A stretch of DNA of 60,998 nucleotides, from the NCBI RefSeq assembly GCF_022539665.2, contig NC_081331.1, positions 14,322,001 through 14,382,998 of the forward strand, given 5' to 3'. The notes beneath the pieces are model-generated. The model saw only the letters and a program-made list of their open reading frames with translations, was not told the DNA's origin and searched no databases. The stretch comes from Daphnia carinata (Eukaryota). Of this stretch, positions 1 through 13,862 are shown piece by piece; within the stretch, counting starts at the first letter, position 1, and every line of letters begins with the position of its first letter. Position numbers and translations under genes: made by a program.

Positions 1-625
1 CCGAGAACGAGTTGGGTCGATTATCGGCAATACCCTTTAATATGATTTAAGAGGGCGTTTTCAATTGAGAGCAGAGCCTTCCTAAATTGAGGAAAACGTC
101 GAGGGCCATCTTCTTTCGTCATAGTCGTTCAAACATTCCACAGATCCTAATTTTCTATGTCTCTTACTTGCCGAAGTCGTCGCTTCAGAAAGGGATGGTC
201 TTCCAAAAACAGGAAAAAAATAAAAGCCAACCCATCCGTGCCCTACCGGGAAACAGTAACAACCACCAGCATTAGCAATTTCAAGCTCAAACGGTTTCAG
301 TTGGTTTGCTCGTGTGCACGCGTGCCGGACGGTGCTGTTTCTTTTTTTTTGTTTTGCTAGCCAAACTTTTCTTCTTTCGTTTTTCGGCAAAGGTGTTGAT
401 TCCAGCCAACGCCATCTAACGGTCAGAAATGGCTTGTCATCTGTTGCTGGGGTTCGGCGACACACAGAAAGCGAGAAGTACCAACGCCATCTAACGATTT
501 AGAAAGTGCAATGCTTCAAAGGCCATCTGTTGCTGGGACTTGAAAGCGAGAGTAACAGGCAGGCCAAACCAGATGGACGGACAGACGGACAAACATGCAT
601 CGAGAGAGTGAGAATCAGGACCCAC

Positions 626-3600
626 CTGAAGACGTCGGCTGTAGTGATGATGACGATTGCGGATGACGTTATGACTGATGGGATGGACGACGTTGCCACT
701 GTCGTCGTCGTTGGACGTTTGGGCCGAATGCAATGACGGACTCGGTGAGCTCAGTTGCTGCAAAGAAATGGACGGTTGGACTTGATTGACTTCAGAGAGA
801 GGAGACGCCTCGCCGGCAGAAGCGCTGACGCCGCAGACGATGGATGTAGATGTTCCAGCCTCGTCGTTGCTGCTGAAACCCAGTTCCGTTCCGTACACAG
901 AGTGGACAAATTTCCACAATTCCTGATTGCCCAGTGGCTGCAAATGTTTTTGGGTTTTCAGGTTTGTTTCGTATTTTCCGAAAGAGGAGAAACAGAGCCA
1001 ACGACGATGACGACCACGAACGAACGATGGCGTGTGAAAAAAACATAAAATAAACCAACGAACCGAGACGGAAGCGTCGTAACCAATCAGAGATAAACGA
1101 GAGTGAGAGAAAGAAAATCATCAACGATTGTGGAGGGGGGAAAGAAGGAAGTAAAATAGAAAGCAGAATTTAAAAAACACTCGACTTTCGACTCGAACCC
1201 CTACGTAACTATGTGTTATCTTATCCTTTCTTCATTTTTTTTTTTCCCATCGTCATTGGATTTTTAACGAGGCAATTTTATCTGCGTTTCCAGAGCCCTC
1301 CGCTGTTAGCTGCACTGGCCTCAAAAACTAGCCAATAGATGGTAGTAACTGTATCGGTTGGCGAACGCTTTGTGACTTTCTTTTTTTGTTGGTGCTGATG
1401 CACCATCAATTGAGGCAAAGGGAAGCATCAAAGAGTTACAGGGATCTAGTGGTCGTAGCCTATGTATAATGCAAGTAAAAAGAAATCAATACAAACCTGA
1501 TCAAGAAGAGCTTGCTGCCAAGTTCTGAAGAGGACGACGTACGTCTTGTCGCGGGCACCGAAGGAACAGAAGAAATGCTTGTCCGTCTCCGTACAAATTT
1601 GGATGGCGTTGGGGATCACCAGGGCCGTCTTCTCCTTTGTCAGCGAAGACACTTCCTTCCAACGAAGTTGAACCTAGGTTGTTTAAAACCAAACAAAGAG
1701 GAGAAAAAATGAATCAGATTAATGGGAATCAATAAATCACGATTGATTTTTCTTTCTTTTATTATTCATGTTGGAAAATCTAAAAAATATTTTACCAGCG
1801 TCTCCCAGCGAAAAATATTGGCGTAGAAACAGAGATAATTTTGTGTGACGTAAATGCGACCCTGCAATAAAATGTCGCGTTGCAGTGCGCACGAATAATC
1901 GACAATCAATCGCTCGTCCACGGGCAAATCTTTGAAAATTCGTTTGAAATCCTCGCAACGTGAACGGTACGTTGGATTTAACATTTGGTACCAGGCAGAC
2001 TTTTTCCTTCCACCACTACGGCCCTGCTAAACAAAACAAATCAATTAGAAATGAAAAGAAGAAAGATCAAAAATGGGTTATACCTTGCTGCCATTGGTAC
2101 TTTCCGGACCACTTGGCGTATTTCTTGGTAAATGTTCAAAGGATCGCATCGATCCAGCACTTCCCGATTCACCGCCTTCTACGGATATTTGATCTAGTGA
2201 AACATCAACTGCTCCCGTTCCAATAGCGGATGCTTTTTCCAGACTAGCTTCTCTACTAGACGACTCATTGTGTCGCGTTGGCGACGGGCTGGATGGACTA
2301 CGGGACCTGGACGGCCTCTGATGGCCACCAAGGATGGGCGACGGGGGTGAAACTAAAGGATTCAGTTCATGATCAGCTACGGAACCATTGCAGGAGCTGC
2401 TGTTCAAGGGGGACGAGGATGAAAAAACTGCAACCGCCGGCCCGGTTGTGGTCGCTTCCGTCGCTTCCGAAGACGAAGAATTGCTGTTGGATGAGGATGA
2501 CGTCGATAGTGTTGTTGCCTCCACTGCGGACCCTGCCAAATTGGGCGACGAGGCGAGCAGGGTGGATGTGGCGATGCCAGAGGTGGATGTTGCGGTCGTC
2601 GATAATTGACCCGACGACGTCGTCGTGGCCGTAAAGAGGCAAGGGTACGAGAGTGCGGGAGCCAAGCGTTCCGGTGACACGAGATGAGAAGATCCTCCTC
2701 CATGGTCCAATCCGGCCGCCATGTTTCCATTCGGAATTTCAGCCGAATTTCCTTTTCCAATTGAATATTTCAGAACTTAATAGTTCTTATTAAATAATAA
2801 CTACAAATACCTTCGGATAAACAGATGGTTGGTGGCAGTGTTTCACTCCGGCGGATACGATTCCGGATTGACGTCGTCGATTGTTCTTCGCTGCTTTCTA
2901 GACTGTCAAAAACATTTTCAAAAAGAAACGTCAAATATGCGAATGAAATGGAGAGACGACATCATCAGTCAGATCCACAACTTGTTCTGATACTTTTTAT
3001 CATACTTCCTAAACTTTTTCTTAGTCGTTTCCTGGTTACAAATCGATATAGACGTCCTACACATGCCATACGAGCGCATAGCTGTCAATGCATGACTTGT
3101 ATGTCTTCCTTCGCCTTTTCCCCTCTTAAGACACAAAGGTAAAATGCCATCCGTCAATTGTTACTAAAGTAACTTTTGAAACCGTTACCTTGAAATCAAA
3201 AGTTGTTTTTATCGCACAACACTTAACATATCGGCTCTGATTTCATTGGCTGCTGCCTAAAAGTCCGCAATCAATCCAAAAGCTGCGGCTTTTCGATTCC
3301 CCCCTCCCCCTTTCCACCAGCAGCAGCAACTCAACAACACCGGACCAACTTAACTGACACGTACGAATCAATGCCCATGAGCTGAGCCGCGCAGTGAGCT
3401 AGCTAAGGCTACACAAGACGCACAGATCAATAAACAGTCGTGAACAGCATTACCACCGATTGGCAAACGTACAGCGGAACTAGAAAGCGCAAGCGCCATG
3501 GTTTACGATAGTGTACGCTCAACTATTGACCAGCAGATGGCAGTGACTAGTGATCCAAAACATTGGTCTCTTTACTTTTCCTTTTCAGTGTGTTTGTATG

Positions 3601-3873
3601 TTTACTCTTTGTCTTTCACATCCTGCCACACGAAAGGGGGAAATGCTGTGTCAATTACCTTAGAGGTTCGGGGGAGATGCTGTCAAAGCTGGAATCTGCT
3701 GTTGAAGAACGGCCTAGGGACTTGCTCGAGCTCTGACGAGAAATCAGCACAGAAGAGTGAGCATTGTTGATGCTGCTGTTGAAATCGTTAGGTTCTGATA
3801 GCTGCTTTATGAGTCTGACCGTCCCAGGTGGGGATTCATCATTTTCGATGATAAGGCTCTTTTCAAGAGACAT
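626..3873 (-). CDS. GRAMD1: GRAM domain-containing protein (GRAMD1/Aster family), multi-exon; 3' part probably continues beyond the left edge
   Basis: GRAM motifs lie in spliced exons: LNPTYRSRCEDFKRIFKDLPVDERLIVDYSCALQRDILLQGRIYVTQNYLCFYANIFRWET (1795-2025), SLTKEKTALVIPNAIQICTETDKHFFCSFGARDKTYVVLFRTWQQALLDQ (~1497-1673) and PLGNQELWKFVHSVYGTELG (from ~937). Upstream exons 3659-3873 (MSLEKS...), 2811-2902 and a Ser/Thr-rich exon ~2083-2751 join in frame via GT-AG introns. VASt and TM domains are not seen in the window. Confidence 0.85.
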
Positions 3874-5119
3874 GTTTTAGAGTACACAAAAAACTCAATA
3901 TCACAAATAAATAAAAAAGAAAGTCGACGACGTAGTGATGTCCGGAAGTTACGTCCTGCCTGTCAAGCAGATCCAAGGTATTGAGACTTAGTAGTAATAC
4001 AGCTGAGATTGAGCGGGGGTGAATTGGAATATCCTTTCCCTCACGACTCTCAACTAGAATAGGGGAATCACAATAACAATAGGAGATTACATAGGGTGAG
4101 ATTCATGGAGATACTGAACTTTGGGGAACAACAAAATCACAAGTGGACGGCCCGCCGACACGTCAAACCGGCCATATTCCTTCTTTCACTTCTGCTGCTA
4201 TGAAGGCAAAAAGCAAAACAGCCACTTAGTAATCGATACTTTTGGGCAACGAAGCTATCGATTGTGGGAAAATTAACGACTTGAAAATTGAAAAACTGAA
4301 TATTTCGCTAAAAACTAATTGGCGTTACTAATGCAACAGGAATAAACAATCACTAACTTTCACACGACTTCAGTGTTCCAATGCAGTACTGTGAAAGTAA
4401 AACTTTGGTAAGAAAAACCAGCTCACTTGATTGCAGCCACGAGCTATTAAGAGTTCCTTGACGTCGCAAATCTCAAGGACAGAAATATTCACATGGGGGT
4501 TGACTGCAGGTGCAATTTTGGTGGTCAAACTAATTTGAGATATGATGAGATATCCTGATAAGAAACTGTTTTCTTCTACAGCTCATCATTTCAGATTTCC
4601 CCGGATTCAAACAACGCTTTCAGTTCGTCGTTTATATCAATAAATAGCAACGGCTCTGCAATTTACGATTTAGTTATCTATGTCGAACGTCCCGGAATGA
4701 ACTGGTAAACTATGATTCACCTACGACTATCTTGTCCAGTCGGCAATTATAAACATTCGTCAACGAAACAATTAAATGCTATGATCATGTCTACGACCGG
4801 ATGTAACTGTTCCTGAGTAGACGTGACAGACTGATGACAATTGAACCGACTAACATGCTGAAAATACTGGATGAAGCAATTCTTCAAATTTGACTATGTT
4901 GGCTCTTTTTCAGCCATTCTCTGCCATGTGTAAGAATAATTCATTCAGGGTACCGTGATAAACGGACGCATGTCATACACAGTTCTAAATAGTGATTAAC
5001 GAATAAAGGAGAAAAAAACTTGTTTTACCAACGGAATTTATTTCATCTTAAGCTGCTTTTTATTTTACGAAAACCAGGACAATTTTGGAAAGAGAAGAGC
5101 CATCTTTTTCGAGATTTTC

Positions 5120-5464
5120 TTAGATTTCATTGTGTGGAATGGGTTCGGCCGAAAGTTTGAATTCTTGGTTCTTTTTTTGATTCGGATTTTCGGAATCACT
5201 TATCGATAAGCTGATATCTTGATTCGATCTCTCCTGAGCAGGATTTTGCTTCACATTCTGTGCAGGCAAGATTTGCGGGGCCAGGGTCAGTTGTTGGCAT
5301 TGTTGTCTTTCGTTGTCATTTACTTGACCGATGATGATCATCCCAATGAAAGCTCCCAAAATAAGAACTGCTGCCGCTACGCAAATCGCCATATGTTTTG
5401 ACATGATGAAATCCGACGCTTTGTTCCAGAAATTTTCCAGCTTGCTCGTGGGTGCTAGATCCAT
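5120..5464 (-). CDS. Hypothetical small single-pass membrane protein (~114 aa from ATG 5464)
   Basis: Intronless ORF MDLAPTSKLENFWNKASDFIMSKH followed by a hydrophobic stretch MAICVAAAVLILGAFIGMIIIG and a Q/N/S-rich tail. No recognisable family. Confidence 0.4.
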   Translation of the reverse strand: MDLAPTSKLENFWNKASDFIMSKHMAICVAAAVLILGAFIGMIIIGQVNDNERQQCQQLTLAPQILPAQNVKQNPAQERSNQDISLSISDSENPNQKKNQEFKLSAEPIPHNEI

Positions 5465-5976
5465 CGTAAGAAAGCTATCTAATGTTGCTGCGATGTAAGA
5501 GTCAGTGAACAAAGGAATGCTGTATCACGCTCAGCAGACGATTACAACGGATAAGCACTAGCTTGGCAAACGTTCAACAACGTTTTTCTCAATACAATTT
5601 CGAGAAAGGAACGACTTAAAATTTTGGCCTCTTGTTCACATACTAGCATGTATCCAATACGAAACAAGTAATTACAAGTAACGAATAACAAATGGATTTC
5701 TATCTTCATGTTTTGACCTTCATAGCCTATCAGAACAAAGTCATGTATAGCATCGTCTTACCTCGTATTTCATATTGTCAAAACTTGGTGGCGCCTATTT
5801 TTACTGTCGTCAATTGTGCAAGACTGGAACAGGGCTGGATCGAAAGACTTACCATCACTTCATTGTCCACAAAATAGGGCTATAATAACATTTCTTTTTA
5901 ACAAGAGCAAGATTTGAATCGTCATCGAAGGTTAGATGTTCATGTTATTTACATGGAGCGTGTGATACTTCACATT

Positions 5977-8900
5977 TTAATCAAATTCACAAACATGACC
6001 ACATCCAGTTGGACAATCCGTATTCCGGGCAAACCACTCGCGAATGTGAAGTAAGTGACCACCGTGCGAACAACCTATCCCAGGGCGATTCAACGTTTTC
6101 GTTGAAATTTGTTGTCTTTTGTAAAGTAATGCCTCATTTAATAATACCTCGACACCAGACGTAGAGGCCTCGAACAACTAAATGACAAAGCGAACACGTG
6201 TTGGTGATGGTTTTGCAGGAATCACAGAGCCAACCACGTCGCTGCAAGGCCCGACTGCACATATTGCAATGAGTTGGGTAGACATCGAACCGGAGTTGCA
6301 CACTTTCACATTGCGACAATTTCACGACTAAAGCCGCCGTGTTCCATAAGCGACACCTACTAAGGCACTGGTATTGGAATAAAAGAAATGAATTCATTCA
6401 CCAACATAAAATTTAGGTATAACTTACATCAATATAGGCGAGGATCCAATGCTCCACAGCCGATTCTTTTAACAAATGACGAATTCGATCTCCTAAAACT
6501 AAAATGAGCGTCACGGCAGTCTGGACATCACCTTCTTCGGCCATGTGGTAGACCATCTCGACGGCATTGGATACGCCACTCCAACATGTCGTACCGTGAC
6601 TACTGGACGAGCCCGGCAGACATAAAAGGGCTGAGGTGGCATCCTCTACTTTAACCATTTGAGCTTCAATGCGAGTTCCGGCAAAGCAGTGACTGGCAAT
6701 ATGTTCTGGAGGAGGAGATCGATCTTTAATTTCATGACGAGGTTGAAAGGCTTCGCTGGGTAAAATCCAATCCATCTGACTAGATTGCTGTTGTTGCAGC
6801 TGTTGTTGGTCTGTCTCCCCGCTAATTTTGTTCCCTTGCACAGAATCAGACGTGCCACCAAAGTCGTTCAACACGTCCGCCTCGGCATCTCCGAAGAAAA
6901 AGTCACTTGTGTTAAAGTGGGATCCAGTAGCGATGTGCGACAACATTATCTATTCAATCGAAACAGGTTGTTCAATATTCTATCTGAAGAAATACGGACT
7001 TGTTCACCTGTGAATCAATATCTTCCACCTCAGATTCGGCTTCTTCGCTGACTCCTCCAGAAGTGTCAGACACGCCTTTTTCATTACTATTAGACGTCGG
7101 TGCACTATTGCTATTGTTGGATCCACTTCCATTGACTAACGGTTCGTTTTGTTGGGACTGAGTTGGAAAAGTCACATTTCCCGACTGATGTCTCGTGCCA
7201 GGGCGCGAAGACGTGTCTTTGCTGGAATCTCCTGGCTCTGACTCTTCCTTAACTGGCACTGGCCGACTGGATCCGACTGATGCTGAAGTTGAAGCAAATT
7301 CCAAACCAGAAAAGCCAAACAGAAGTTTAATCACACGCCAAATGGTGGCCACTTGAAGTCGGCCGGCATTTGCGGCCACTACTGCATTATGGTCGCAAAT
7401 TTCACCAAGGGATTTCCCCGTCGTTGTCTGCAGCCAGTAATTGCGAGCGCAATCCCGAAAGACTTGCGCAGGGGTCGGTTTATCGTTCTCAAATACATAT
7501 ATGGAACACCGAACGGCTGGATAGTCTTCTGATTCCGATTTTGATTTCCTCGATCTACACACGCAAATCATGTAAAGTTTACTTCATCCAATAAAACATT
7601 TACTCAACTTACAGAGTTGGATGTTTATTCTTCTTGGAATTCCTATCTACGGAGGCTAAAGTCAGACTTCCCTTGGAATTATAAGTGACGCAGATGGGAT
7701 TCGCTTTCTCCATTGGTCTTTCCGCATCTGCAATTACGTGTTGGATGAGATAGGAATCCTTGAGATAAAAAAAAAAAACAGGTTGAATTCAAATTTTTAA
7801 GAAATTTTGATTTAAAAAACCAACTTTGCTAGTGGATAACAGAACGTCCGGTGAGCCTCTCCAAGCAATTCCAGTCGTAATGTCTTTATGGTCGTTGAAG
7901 GAAGCGTGCGGGATATAAGGTCGTCGCACATCCCACACGTGAATCGCACTGTCAATCACGAGGGCGCAACTGGCGATGTGATGCATCCTTTGTGGGCGCC
8001 ATTTAATACGACCCACAGATGCCATAGTCGTCACCGTGTACTCCAACACCGGTCGGTAACCCAAATCCCATACCTATTTGTGAATTATTCGTAGACAGGC
8101 ATGAGAAGAAAATAGAAATGTTTTTGTTTTTTTAACAGACCTTGACGGCACGATCTCTGCCTGCTGTAGCTAGCCACGTTTTGTTTTCTGGATGCCAATC
8201 ACAAGCAAAAACAGGACCACTATGAGCGGTAAACTGTTTTTCGCATCGATCTTGGCGACGTAGATCCCACAACTGGACTGTACCGTTCTCCGAAACAGCG
8301 GCGAAACTGAAGCACTGGTGTGGGTTGAATTGGACATCACGTACACTTTCAGCGTTACTAGACGTTTGGCAAGAGACGAAGAAAAGAGATTATTTAATGT
8401 AAAGTCAAGCTGTTGAGGAACCTATTAACCTGATAAATGTCATGGCAGCTACTTTCATTCGAATGTCAAAGTACTTCATTGTGCCATCCTGAGAGCCAGA
8501 TAGCAACATGTTTTGTTCTGATCCATGAAATGTCACCTAATCTTTCCCACAAACCAATATTTAAAAACCACACACTATAGTTTTAAATCTGTCTAAGATG
8601 TTTGTAAATCTGTGAGGAACCTTATTAACAGTTCTTTTGTGATCATTATAAATTGTTTCCTGTTTCAGTTTGATAGATTTCTGAATATTCCATAGAACAA
8701 CTGCTCCATTAGTGGCTGCCGTGGCTAACCATTGTTCTACAATACACAGAGTTGACAGAATTTCATATGAATCGTAAAATTAAGTAAGCTAACTTACCAT
8801 CCACAGGGTTCCAGGAGGCATCATTACAAGAAAAATTTAAATTTGAATTCTTTCCTGTTCGGATGTTGTCTCTTTCTACAAAACCTGTATCTTTTATTTC

Positions 8901-9084
8901 ACACACTTTGAATACTGTAAATAAGAAAACAGAGGTATACAAACGTAAGGTTAGAAAATGTTTAACGCCCTTAAAAACTGACAAGATTACCATTTCTGCC
9001 GGTAACTACCACTTTATTGCAGTCTCGGCTGAGGGCGAGGGTATTGATGGGTCCCTCTTGCATCAATGTCATGTGTTGCATCAT
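5977..9084 (-). CDS. WDR24: GATOR2 complex WD40-repeat protein WDR24
   Basis: N-terminus [35 protein letters not shown]...[21 protein letters not shown]40 exons include [70 protein letters not shown]-terminal RING/zinc region [31 protein letters not shown]...[12 protein letters not shown]. About 11 exons with short GT-AG introns. Confidence 0.95.
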
Positions 9085-9695
9085 TGTGTCAATGCAACCC
9101 AAGTGTTACTACACAAGTAAATTGCATTAAAAGCTCTTGAGATCGTATGAAATTTTGTTGTCGGAGGGAACTACGGTAGGACAAAGGGAATAGAGAAATT
9201 GACAACATCAAAACATCAACAATCATGACGTCGTCTGTCAATTAACAGCATTGCCGCTTCTATTCCACGTAACGGATCGCGTAATTCGAAGGAATAAATC
9301 ATAAATTTATTTTTTGCTACTATCAGTGTGGCATAATTTTTGCTTTCATTTAAAAAAAAATGAATAAAGAAAAAGTTTTATTTTGTTCGAGAACACAAAA
9401 CGGTGAAAGAACTAGCACAAATATAAAATGTGATGTGTCAATAATCCATTGGCAATGCGATGGAAGCAAATGAGTTAATTTCTTTTTGGTAGAGGTGATT
9501 AGTGAGTTAAATTAAAATTCATAAAAATGAGAATGTCTTTGGGATGAGTTGCCTCGTGCGTGCTGAGATTCAGCCAAATTCATCAACTCAGAGAGTTGAT
9601 TTCGCACTGTTTGACTAGTGTCTCTGCATATATTTGCATTTAAAACCCACAAGTTCTGGGATTTTACGACTACGTAATTTTCGGTAGACGTGCTT

Positions 9696-12600
9696 TTAAA
9701 CTTGGGAGCTCTCGATGATGCATTCGCAAACATACTGGAACTGAATCTAGTTAACAAAACAGATTATTTTTATAATTCAAAGTTTCAACGTAATGATTTC
9801 TTACTGATGTTTGCAGCATCATCGGTCTCTGATCGCGCATCAGTTTCACCAAATGAATTGGATTGACAGCGCAATCGGCTTGCATCAATCGCATGGCAGA
9901 ATCCAAGAGGATAAAAGCTCCTGTACGGCCGATTCCGGCTGAACAATGAACCAAAACGACCGGTCCTTCTTCGCAATCACTGCCGCTGTATGTTTGGACA
10001 TGACGGACGTAATCGAGAAATTGACAGGCCAGAACCGGAGCTCCGTGATCCGGCCATTCTAGATATTGCAAATGCGAGATGACTCGCATTTCTCCAGTCC
10101 GTTCGTCTGTGACGAGGAATTCTCGATGAACGAACGGGCCTAAATGGTCCAACTTGGCTTGGCAAATAATCACAAGTTGACCTGCTCGTACAATTTCGTC
10201 CATTTCTGGCCAATAACTAAATAAAACAAATTGATTTTAGAAGCTATGGAATGTGATGGGATGACAATTACCGATGACATTTAATGCGGCCACGCTCCGC
10301 TTCCTGTGTCACCATGGCTATGGTACGGATTCCTTCATGTTGCCACACAAGTGACCAAAAATCTTCAACAGTGTGCGGAAGAGGTCCTTGTGTTGCTACG
10401 TAACGGAGGGTTTTATTACCACCTGGCATCGGAATATTAATGTAACTAGCGTTGATGTAATTTTCATCTTGATTATGACAAGAGGAGAGCACAACTCGGT
10501 TACAATCATCTGTAGAAAAAAAGCACAAGTTAGCCAATAATTAAGGGGGAAAAAAATTAAAACTTACATGGAAAAATATCTCCATATCGATTCTTCTGTA
10601 TATTCTCGTCGCGACGAGCTATACTGGACGACAGTTCGGGCCTGGAACGAGGTAACAGATCAAAATGTGATAGGATACGACCAGTACGAAGTCCATCTAT
10701 TATGGCTGCCACGCTTTCTTTGGGAGACATTTCTGGTGGCTCCAAAACATATTGAACGGGAGGATCTTCCTCTTGTTCTGTCCAGCGATAGCCAGTACGT
10801 CGAAGGGATAACGTCAATGAGGACTGTCTTGCTGCTCTAAATAGCTCCATCAGTTCTGCTTGAGTCAGGCATTCAACAGGATGACCCTCGACGGCCACCA
10901 ACTCGTCACCAACATGCATGGGTGGGTAGCTCATGTCTGCCGAGCTATTGGGCAAGAGGCGTGATAGGCGGGCACTGGCTCGTTCTTTTTCAAAACGCAA
11001 ATTGAAACCAAAAACGCCAGAGGCATCTGCTTTCAATCGGACATCAAACTGATCAGTCGAATGACGTGAACAAGAGACTGATGGGGACGCATCCGATAGA
11101 TAGAGCGGTAGACGGATGTCGGGTTGCGAATCTTCATCTGCATATTCGAAACTTTGCATGCCATTTGGAATGAAAGCTGCAGCAGAAATGGGCGATGGGC
11201 TGTCATTTTCCAAGGAAGGAATTGCTTCTTTAATGCCACTTTTGCAATCATCGTCATCTAAGCTTCCAGGTAAACTACTGGACCAAGCTGGACGTGGCGG
11301 TGTACCCTCAGTAGTTGATTGGATTTTATGAAGATGGTCATATCGACGGTAAGTAATAGAACGACGATCAACTGCCACCCTGGCTGAAGGCTCTCGTACA
11401 TTGTAGCACGATTGTACGGTGAACAGTTTGCGAAAGACCGGCCAGACGCCTTTCGTGATTTGTTTTGGGTCCACTTGTCGACAACCCAAACGGAAAAAAG
11501 AATGCTGCTCGATGCAGTTCTTCCATAGCCGTTTAGCTGCTCGTTTGGTGGGTAACAAGAAACCCACAACTGTATCGTACTCTTCAAACTGCAAAACAGA
11601 ATTCCTTCTTTCATTTTCTATTAGAAAAAAAATATTAAACTTAATTACTTTTTCATGCTGTAACTGAACGAAGAAGCGTTTTTTCTTGTAGAACAGCCGC
11701 AAAATTTTACACCACGCAAATGAATTGATTCGTACATTATTGCTAGATCGATATATCGACAAATTACGTCCCGATATACCCAACAAGATTGATTTTCCTT
11801 TAGCATCCTAAAGCACAACGAACCATGCAAGAAATAAGATGTTACAATGGATTTACCAAATTATTTTCCAACTTACTTTGACAGGGTGCAGATCAACCCC
11901 GTATAGTTCGACTCTTCTAACGTGATCCAAAAAGTTGGTTTGGGCTTTTTCAATAGACTGTTCTCTGAAACAGAATAAGAAAGTAATATCAACAATTAAC
12001 TTGTTAAGACATCTACAGAAGGTACTTCAACAGTCCTCGAAGCTCCAAGATAACCGAGGTGTTCTCTTTTACAACAGTAGGAACACTCCCTATATTAGAA
12101 ATGTTAGTCAAATCATCAGCTTCTGAGCTGATTGGGCCATAGGTAGCTGTAAATCAGAAAGCAAATATTTAACCAAACACTGAATATTATTCTTCATTTT
12201 TTCAATTTATACCTTGAAGATAGTAACTTGTTAAAAGGCAGCAAGTTTGAGGGCTGGTAGGCAAGGAACCATTAACCACTTTTTTCCAAGTCTGCAGGAA
12301 AAAGAGCCATCGGGTCTGCTCATCAAGTAACTGGCTGGGATTTTCAACATAATATTTGACTTCAAAGTTGAGATGAACTTGACCAGTAGAGCCTATCATA
12401 GAACACACATTTGTTTTGAACAGAAGCAAACGGTAAAGCAAATATCTATTTATCTCACATTTAAATTGATGAGATAGAGATTTCTCAAATTCTAACCAAC
12501 AACAGCCTAAATGAACCCCAGGAAAGGAGAGTCCAAAATATTGGGGTTCTCGAAGGCTGAAACGCTGGATCACCTGATCCATTAAAGACTTTCCATCATC

Positions 12601-12798
12601 CTTTCCCTACAAGTCAAACAGAAACAAATTAACACAAATCTTGAAGTTCTGCATGAAAATTATGGAATGGGCGGAAAGACTTGCATTGCACCGAAAAAGG
12701 AGAGCTGTTTGATCAAGTAAATGTACGACGCAATGCAGATTTTTTTGCGATCGCCTTGTGCGTTTTTGGTTAGATTTATCTCTCCGATGCTGATTCAT
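9696..12798 (-). CDS. Non-receptor tyrosine phosphatase with FERM-PDZ-PTP architecture (PTPN3/PTPN4/PTP-MEG family, divergent)
   Basis: FERM: HCVVHLLD, LREPQYFGL, FEVKYY, YGVDLHPVKD, AAKRLWKNCIEQHSFFR. PDZ: DASGVFGFNL...VGDELVAVEG. PTP: KNRYGDIFP, YINASY, YVATQGPLPHTVEDFW, WPDHGAP, VHCSAGIGRTG, RDQRPMMLQT. Last exon IQFQYVCECIIESSQV* ends at 9696. Confidence 0.9.
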
Positions 12799-13862
12799 TT
12801 TGTTGCTTACTTCAACCCTACTGCACCTCAAACTTTCGTGACATCAGGATATCCATTGCACGTAAACAATGACTCCAGCTGTCCAGCGTCAATATCGATC
12901 CGTGACAGTCGTCTGCTCCAAAAAATTGGGTTCAAATCGATTCCACAACCTCGATATTTACCGATTTCGATGCAACTTTTACAGCTCGTCAAAACCAAAG
13001 TTTATTTGTCCAGGGCGCATAAATAATAGCCCAACAATCACCTACTTATAACCCTCAGTTCCATTAACTTGTGGTTTGTCAGCTATCATGGGAGGTGTTT
13101 GGCACACTGAAATGTTGTCTGCACACCTTCCCGGCAACGCCCGTCCTAATCTGTCTAATGTTTGGCGGCAATGACTTTGACGATCATGACATGTTTCAAT
13201 GAATGCCATTCCTACTTAACGGGATATTGTTGAAATTCGAAAATTCAATCAAGCTGTATCACCAACAAATAAAATCAAACCCTACGTGATCCAGGTACAC
13301 CTGTGTTCATCTCCGTCTGCTATTGCAATAATATTAACCGTGGACAAAATCCCTGATGTTTCTTTTAATTTGCTTGTTTCAATCCACTCAATTTTGAAAC
13401 AATCAATCACATAAACTGACTTTCAAAAGGATCTTCGCTTTTCCGTTCATTTAACTTTTGCAGTCACTACGCCGTTACGTGAAACGAATACCATGTAGAC
13501 AGGCTTGTTTCTAATATAGTTGATCAATGTTTCAACAATGAATTTAACTTTCACCCACGAAATTCGGGAAAAATTAACATGGTTATTTGAAAGAAGTCGA
13601 AGAACAAATCTTGTTGTCGAATTCTGATTGGGCCACATGTATACTAACGTGTCCCGCCTGCGGCACTGAGCTGTTACCTGTTGTTTTTCTACCATACCCT
13701 TCCGAGAAAGACGAAGAAAACTCGTCTGGTCTGTGATAGCCTTGGCAGTGAGGGCTCGTCGTTTGGCGGCGTCGAACCATCGAGTGTAAAACCATAATTT
13801 CATTAAAAGTTGTTCCCTTCGTTCACCTGTCACTCGAGGAGCAGACAAACTACAAAATCAAA

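Noticed and set aside
3940..4165. Possible solo LTR (TGTC...GACA)
   Set aside because: No matching target-site duplication at those ends; more simply the upstream region of the GRAMD1-like gene.
13447..13848. 133-aa minus-strand ORF head-to-head with PDIA4
   Set aside because: Non-ATG start and no domain; more likely the shared promoter or 5' UTR region of the PTP and PDIA4 genes.
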